From positions 1,344,001-1,408,000 of the forward strand of contig CAWJCS010000006.1 in assembly GCA_963841435.1 (NCBI GenBank): DNA of 64,000 nucleotides. Direction: 5' to 3'. Source of the stretch: an uncultured delta proteobacterium (GTDB lineage: Bacteria; Myxococcota_A; Polyangia; Polyangiales; Polyangiaceae). The first letter of the stretch is position 1; each line of letters opens with the position of its first letter. This document shows positions 60,601-64,000 of this stretch, piece by piece. The position numbers were made by a program, and so were the translations under genes. A model generated the notes under the pieces. The model was not told the origin of the DNA, ran no database searches, and worked only from the letters and a program-made list of their open reading frames with translations.

Positions 60601-63600
60601 CTCGACCGGCGCCTTTCGCGCAACCCCGACGCACCGACGCGCGCCGTGCTGCTCGAGCGGCTCGGCAACGTGCTCGCGTGGATGCTGGAGGACCGACCGA
60701 ACGCGGCGCGCACCTGGCTCGAAGGCGCGCGGCTCTCGCTCGGCCCCGGCGGCGATCGCGAGCGGGCACGCCAGCTCTACGAGCGCGTGCTCGACGCCGA
60801 CCCGACCTCGCGCGAGGCGGCGGAGCGGCTCGTCGAGCTACTCGCCGAGGCCGGCGACTGGGAGCGCCTCGAAGAGGTGTTCGGCGTGCTCGTGGGGCTC
60901 GCCGGCGAACGCGACGTGATCATGCTCTTGCTCGGCCTCGAGGAGCGGGCCAACGAGGCGGCTCGCAGCGACGCCTTCGTGCGGCTGCTCGACGCCGGAA
61001 TCGCGCGCGTCGGGTCGGGGCGCGCTCGACACCTGCTGCTCGCCAAGGCGCGCGCGCTCGGCCACGCACCGGGCCGCGCCGACGAGGCCGTGGCGCTCTA
61101 CCGGAGCTTGCTCGAGCGGGCAGGGGACGACGCGGCGGCCGATGCCGAAGCGTTCTCGAGCTTTTTGCGCTCGGTGCCGCTCGGGCCCGAGCGCGCCCAG
61201 GATCTTCGCTGGCTCTTCGAGTGGCGGCTCGCGCGCACGGCGAGCCCCACGGACGTGCTCGGCGAGTGGGCGAAGGTCGAGGACGAGCGCTTCGAGAATC
61301 AGAAGGGGGCCGCCGACCTCTACGCGCGCCTCGTCGAGATCGATCCCGATCGCATCGACGCGTGGGGTGAGATTGCGCGCCTGGAGCTCGGGCTCGGCCG
61401 CACGGAGCGAGCCTACGAGGCGCTCGAAGCGCTCAAGGCGCGCACCGAGGGCGAGACGCGCCACGCGGCGGCCGTGAAGCTCGCGGGGCTTTTGGTCTCG
61501 CCGCTCGGCCGGCCCGAGGAGGCGCTCGACACGCTGATGCCCGTTCTCGACGCGAACCCGGGTGACCTCGAGGCCCTGCGCATCGTGCACCGCGTTTTCG
61601 ACGTGCCCGAGTGCCGGGCGCGTGCCTCGGCGCTGCTCGAACGCATCGCGTCGCTGTCCGACGATCGCGTGGCGCGTGCCGAGGTCATCGAGGCGCTGCT
61701 CGCCGTTTCGGCGGAGGCGCCGGAGCTGGCGCGGGCTCGCACGCGCTGGTTGACCCAGCTCTTGCGCACCAAAAAGGACAAGCCGGAAGAGGGGCTCGTC
61801 CTCGCGTTGCAAGGGGCGGAAGCCGCTCCCGAGGAGACCGAGCTCTGGGACCTAGCCCACGAGATGGTGCGCAAGACGGGCGATCCGACCCCCGTCGCCG
61901 AGACCTACGAGCGCACGCTCGAACGCGCGCTGTCGCCCGAGGTCGCCGACCGAATGGGTCAGCGCATGGTCGAGTTCCTCGAGGAGTGGTTCGACGACCC
62001 GGACCGCATCCTTGCCGTGCTCGAACGCGTGCTCACGTTGTCGCCGGCGGCGGCCTGGGCCTTCGAGCGCCTGAAGCTCGCCTTCAACTCCGCCGGGCGC
62101 TGGCCGGAGCTGTTCGCGCTCTACGATAGAAGGCTCGCCGCGGGCATGGAGGACCAGGGCGAGGAAGTGGCGCTCCTACGCGAGGCCGCTATGGCGGCCA
62201 AGGACTTCGCGAGCGACGCCGAGCGCGCCATCGGGTACCTCGAGCAGCTCAATCAGCGCTCGCCGGGGGACGGTCGCGTCGAATCGACCCTCGAGCGCCT
62301 GTACGAGCGGCACGGTCGTACGCGGCCGCTCATCGACCTCTTGAGCGCGCGTCTCGCGAGCTCGAGCGCGGCGGACAGCGGTGAGCTGGCGGCGCGCGTC
62401 GCGGCGCTGTGGCTCGACCTCGGCGAAACGGTGCCGGCGTTCGGGCTCTCCGAAGGGCTGCTCGAGTCCGGCAAGCACGACGCCGCCGCGATCGCGCTGC
62501 TCGAACGCATTTTGACGTTGCCGCAGGCGAGCGAGCAGTCGACGGACGAGGACGCGCCGAGCGTGCTCGAACAGACGGCTTTGTTGCTCGAGAAGCGCTA
62601 CCGCGCGGAGGACAGCCCCGTCGATGTCGTGCGCATGCTCGAGATCGAGGTGGATTCGTCGACGGACGCCGCGCAAAAGGCGAAGCTGCTCGGCGAGGTG
62701 GCGTCGCTCAGGCGCGAGCGGCTCGCCGATCCCGAGGGCGCGTTCGAGACGCTCGTCGAGCTCGTGACGCTCGACCCGACCAGCGTCAATCGCGCGCGCC
62801 TCGCCGAGCTCGCCGGCGAGCTCGGCAGCGAAGATCGCCGTGCGGACACGCTCGTCAGCGTGGCTCGTGCCGCGACGACGGGCGAGGTCGCCGCCGAGCT
62901 CTTGCTCGAGGCGGCGGGCGTTGCGGACCAGAAGCTTCAACAGCCCGAGCGCGCCGTCGAGCTGTTGCGCGACGTCGTCAAGCTGCGCGACAAGAAGCCG
63001 GACGCGGGCCTCGCCGCCGCACGGCGCCTGAGCGAGCTATTGCGCGAATCCGCGCAGCACCCCGAGCTCGTGTCGTTGCTCGAGATCGTCGCCGCGCTCG
63101 AGAGCGACCCCGCGGCCCGCCGCGAGGCCCTGGGAGAGGCCGCCGAGCTCAGCATTTCGGCGCTTTCGGACCCCGCGCGTGCCATCCGCAACTACGGCGT
63201 GCGCCTCGGTCTCGACGCCAAGGACCGCGTGGCTCTCGACGGCCTGTGCCGGGCGCTCGAGCTCGCGGGGCGCTGGGACGAGCTCGTCGAAGCGCTCGAG
63301 TCGCGCGCCAAGCAGAGCGAGGACGCCGAGGCGCGCGCGGATCGGGTACGAATCGCCCAGATCCAGACCGAGGTGAAGGGTGATCTTGCCGCCGGCGTGC
63401 TCGCCTGGCTGCACCTGCGCAAGAAGCACGGGCCGGATCTCGAGAGCTTCGAGGGGCTCGGCAGCTTGCTCTTTGCGAGCTCGCGCTTCGAGGAGCTTGC
63501 CGCGCTCTACGTGAGCGAGATCGAGCATGAGGAGGGCGAGGAGCGACGCCGCAGCCTCTTCGAGCGCCTCGGTGACGTGCACGAGAACCGCACGGGCGAG

Positions 63601-64000
63601 CGGCTGCTCGCACTCGACGCCTACGCGGCCGCGGGCACCTTCGGAGCCGCGATGCGCGTCGCCGGGCAGCGGAGCGCCGACTCGAGCGCCGACATCGAGG
63701 TGCTCGAGCGCCTGCTCGCCCTCGCCGAGCGAAGCTTCCGTGACGCCGGCTCGAGCGACGCCGAGGGGACGCTGCGCTGGGGTGTCGCCGAGCTCTGCCA
63801 TCGTCTACTCGAGGTCGAACGGGCGGCCGATGCCGTCGAGCGCCTGCTGTCCGCGGCCGAGCTGCCCTTCGAGCTCGCCGTGCGCCGCGAGCTCCGGCGC
63901 GACGCCGCGCTGCTCGCCGTCGAAAAGCTCGGTGATGGAGAGCGCGCCATCGAGCTTTTCGACGAGCTGCTCGCCGAAGCCCCGGCCGATCCCGTCGCCG
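57667..64000 (+). CDS. Giant tetratricopeptide-repeat protein (partial, over 2100 aa)
   Basis: Frame from ATG 57667 (MSSIAPKSEG...) matches the frame at the right edge; E/A/L/R-rich TPR-like helices; missing from ORF track because no stop lies in the window. Confidence 0.85.
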   Translation, partial: MSSIAPKSEGRRRAVSALALKLWEMGEALDERAGNPSEVLDLLVMALGKGEDTAELWDKLHESATRHGQTTELAFAYEQMAADKRVKLMQPDHQAHLHLRMSFFLAEALGDREGAALAAERAVTAVPGHPEAFALLEELLAGPEGAARLGRHYFDASARAAQPAERLRLLQRAAEVVANDPQSFDLAVEVEQQLFVLDPSNSAVRDDLMQRLIARGRHQQVVELLETSLRREPPPDADEAKLLREQAMDICLGVLHDSPRALAHVEGILTLYPTHAHARKLAEELLPHRQLGLRAAAALSTAFEKTGEVERAVEMLGHELTLVRGPRRVEVQRKLGILRQDVLADPAGALELLGPVVAGDPGDDDLRGRFVQLSLELGQSAQAARLLSRALQTSRDAGVRARVAADVGEVYLRSGDSRRAVAAFQQATEIGADDVGSLRSAKRLTELFDEAKEPAQLAAALEIVTRLEPELEDRQRSARRLAELIERQPGEAARAATAWRALIGSAWNAEALDRLEAIYRESGDEEGLADVLGLRAEATSDPETARSLAFQAAELRSNRPRDRAAAIDAWLTLATRFGHTPEIDARLLPLLEAEGRFADVAFVLERRAEAAPPEERTELLVRLGQLRAGHLADTAGALAAFSEVIRTSPSEPNARAALERLLGAGEHRLAAADVLEPIYRSENAAAELLHVLEVRAELGSPEETFARLEEALTLAQNPLENQDQALEIAGWGLERAVALNGDVRRWLGEVERLGSGASQWRAVFLADALADRTVDTPELFDLARAAGAGLAQAGDLPRAIEVYRRALVYAPSSRELLNRVDELLAQQGAPEQRLGLYLSALVEEREPARRRELLHAMATLQGRELADPSGALATYRMAIGEDPRDLVAHDAIAAALSAATDWNGLYEELARVLPLTEGERRSMTLLRLGEVAALRGDAGAALGHYRELMEAADLSDDVLDMVEHLARECGDGETARAALDRRLSRNPDAPTRAVLLERLGNVLAWMLEDRPNAARTWLEGARLSLGPGGDRERARQLYERVLDADPTSREAAERLVELLAEAGDWERLEEVFGVLVGLAGERDVIMLLLGLEERANEAARSDAFVRLLDAGIARVGSGRARHLLLAKARALGHAPGRADEAVALYRSLLERAGDDAAADAEAFSSFLRSVPLGPERAQDLRWLFEWRLARTASPTDVLGEWAKVEDERFENQKGAADLYARLVEIDPDRIDAWGEIARLELGLGRTERAYEALEALKARTEGETRHAAAVKLAGLLVSPLGRPEEALDTLMPVLDANPGDLEALRIVHRVFDVPECRARASALLERIASLSDDRVARAEVIEALLAVSAEAPELARARTRWLTQLLRTKKDKPEEGLVLALQGAEAAPEETELWDLAHEMVRKTGDPTPVAETYERTLERALSPEVADRMGQRMVEFLEEWFDDPDRILAVLERVLTLSPAAAWAFERLKLAFNSAGRWPELFALYDRRLAAGMEDQGEEVALLREAAMAAKDFASDAERAIGYLEQLNQRSPGDGRVESTLERLYERHGRTRPLIDLLSARLASSSAADSGELAARVAALWLDLGETVPAFGLSEGLLESGKHDAAAIALLERILTLPQASEQSTDEDAPSVLEQTALLLEKRYRAEDSPVDVVRMLEIEVDSSTDAAQKAKLLGEVASLRRERLADPEGAFETLVELVTLDPTSVNRARLAELAGELGSEDRRADTLVSVARAATTGEVAAELLLEAAGVADQKLQQPERAVELLRDVVKLRDKKPDAGLAAARRLSELLRESAQHPELVSLLEIVAALESDPAARREALGEAAELSISALSDPARAIRNYGVRLGLDAKDRVALDGLCRALELAGRWDELVEALESRAKQSEDAEARADRVRIAQIQTEVKGDLAAGVLAWLHLRKKHGPDLESFEGLGSLLFASSRFEELAALYVSEIEHEEGEERRRSLFERLGDVHENRTGERLLALDAYAAAGTFGAAMRVAGQRSADSSADIEVLERLLALAERSFRDAGSSDAEGTLRWGVAELCHRLLEVERAADAVERLLSAAELPFELAVRRELRRDAALLAVEKLGDGERAIELFDELLAEAPADPVA

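Noticed and set aside
57634-63950. Numerous Arg/Ala-rich ORFs in other frames
   Set aside because: Shadow ORFs of the giant TPR gene, expected at high GC

Overview
GC-rich (about 70% by eye) window of myxobacterial type (Polyangiales/Sorangiineae-like: many Gly/Ser-linker lipoproteins, MYXO-CTERM-like tails, a DUF1552/DUF1592 pair, a fibro-slime protein, a giant TPR protein running off the right end). Ordinary genes include an M20 peptidase, an MscS-like/CBS/MgtE cluster, Zn-ADH, an RluA-family synthase, qNor, an ABC1 kinase, GH1, DAHP synthase and a Dyp peroxidase cluster. The most unusual structure is an array of four exact-period 141-bp units directly downstream of tRNA-Asp(GTC). Each unit ends in a copy of the tRNA 3' end, can fold into a tRNA-like minihelix, and carries a 45-bp segment that occurs in two variants of equal length. 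Also notable: two direct-repeat copies of a four-helix-bundle (bAvd/23S-IVP-like) cassette with a 16-bp VNTR flank the qNor gene; two toxin-antitoxin loci have broken toxins but intact antitoxins and promoters (neither toxin is in the ORF track); there is a tandem heme-oxygenase-like protein with one degenerate half; and several gene stubs are present. At least six single-base frameshifts suggest possible long-read indel errors. All family calls are by motif recognition only; no searches were run.
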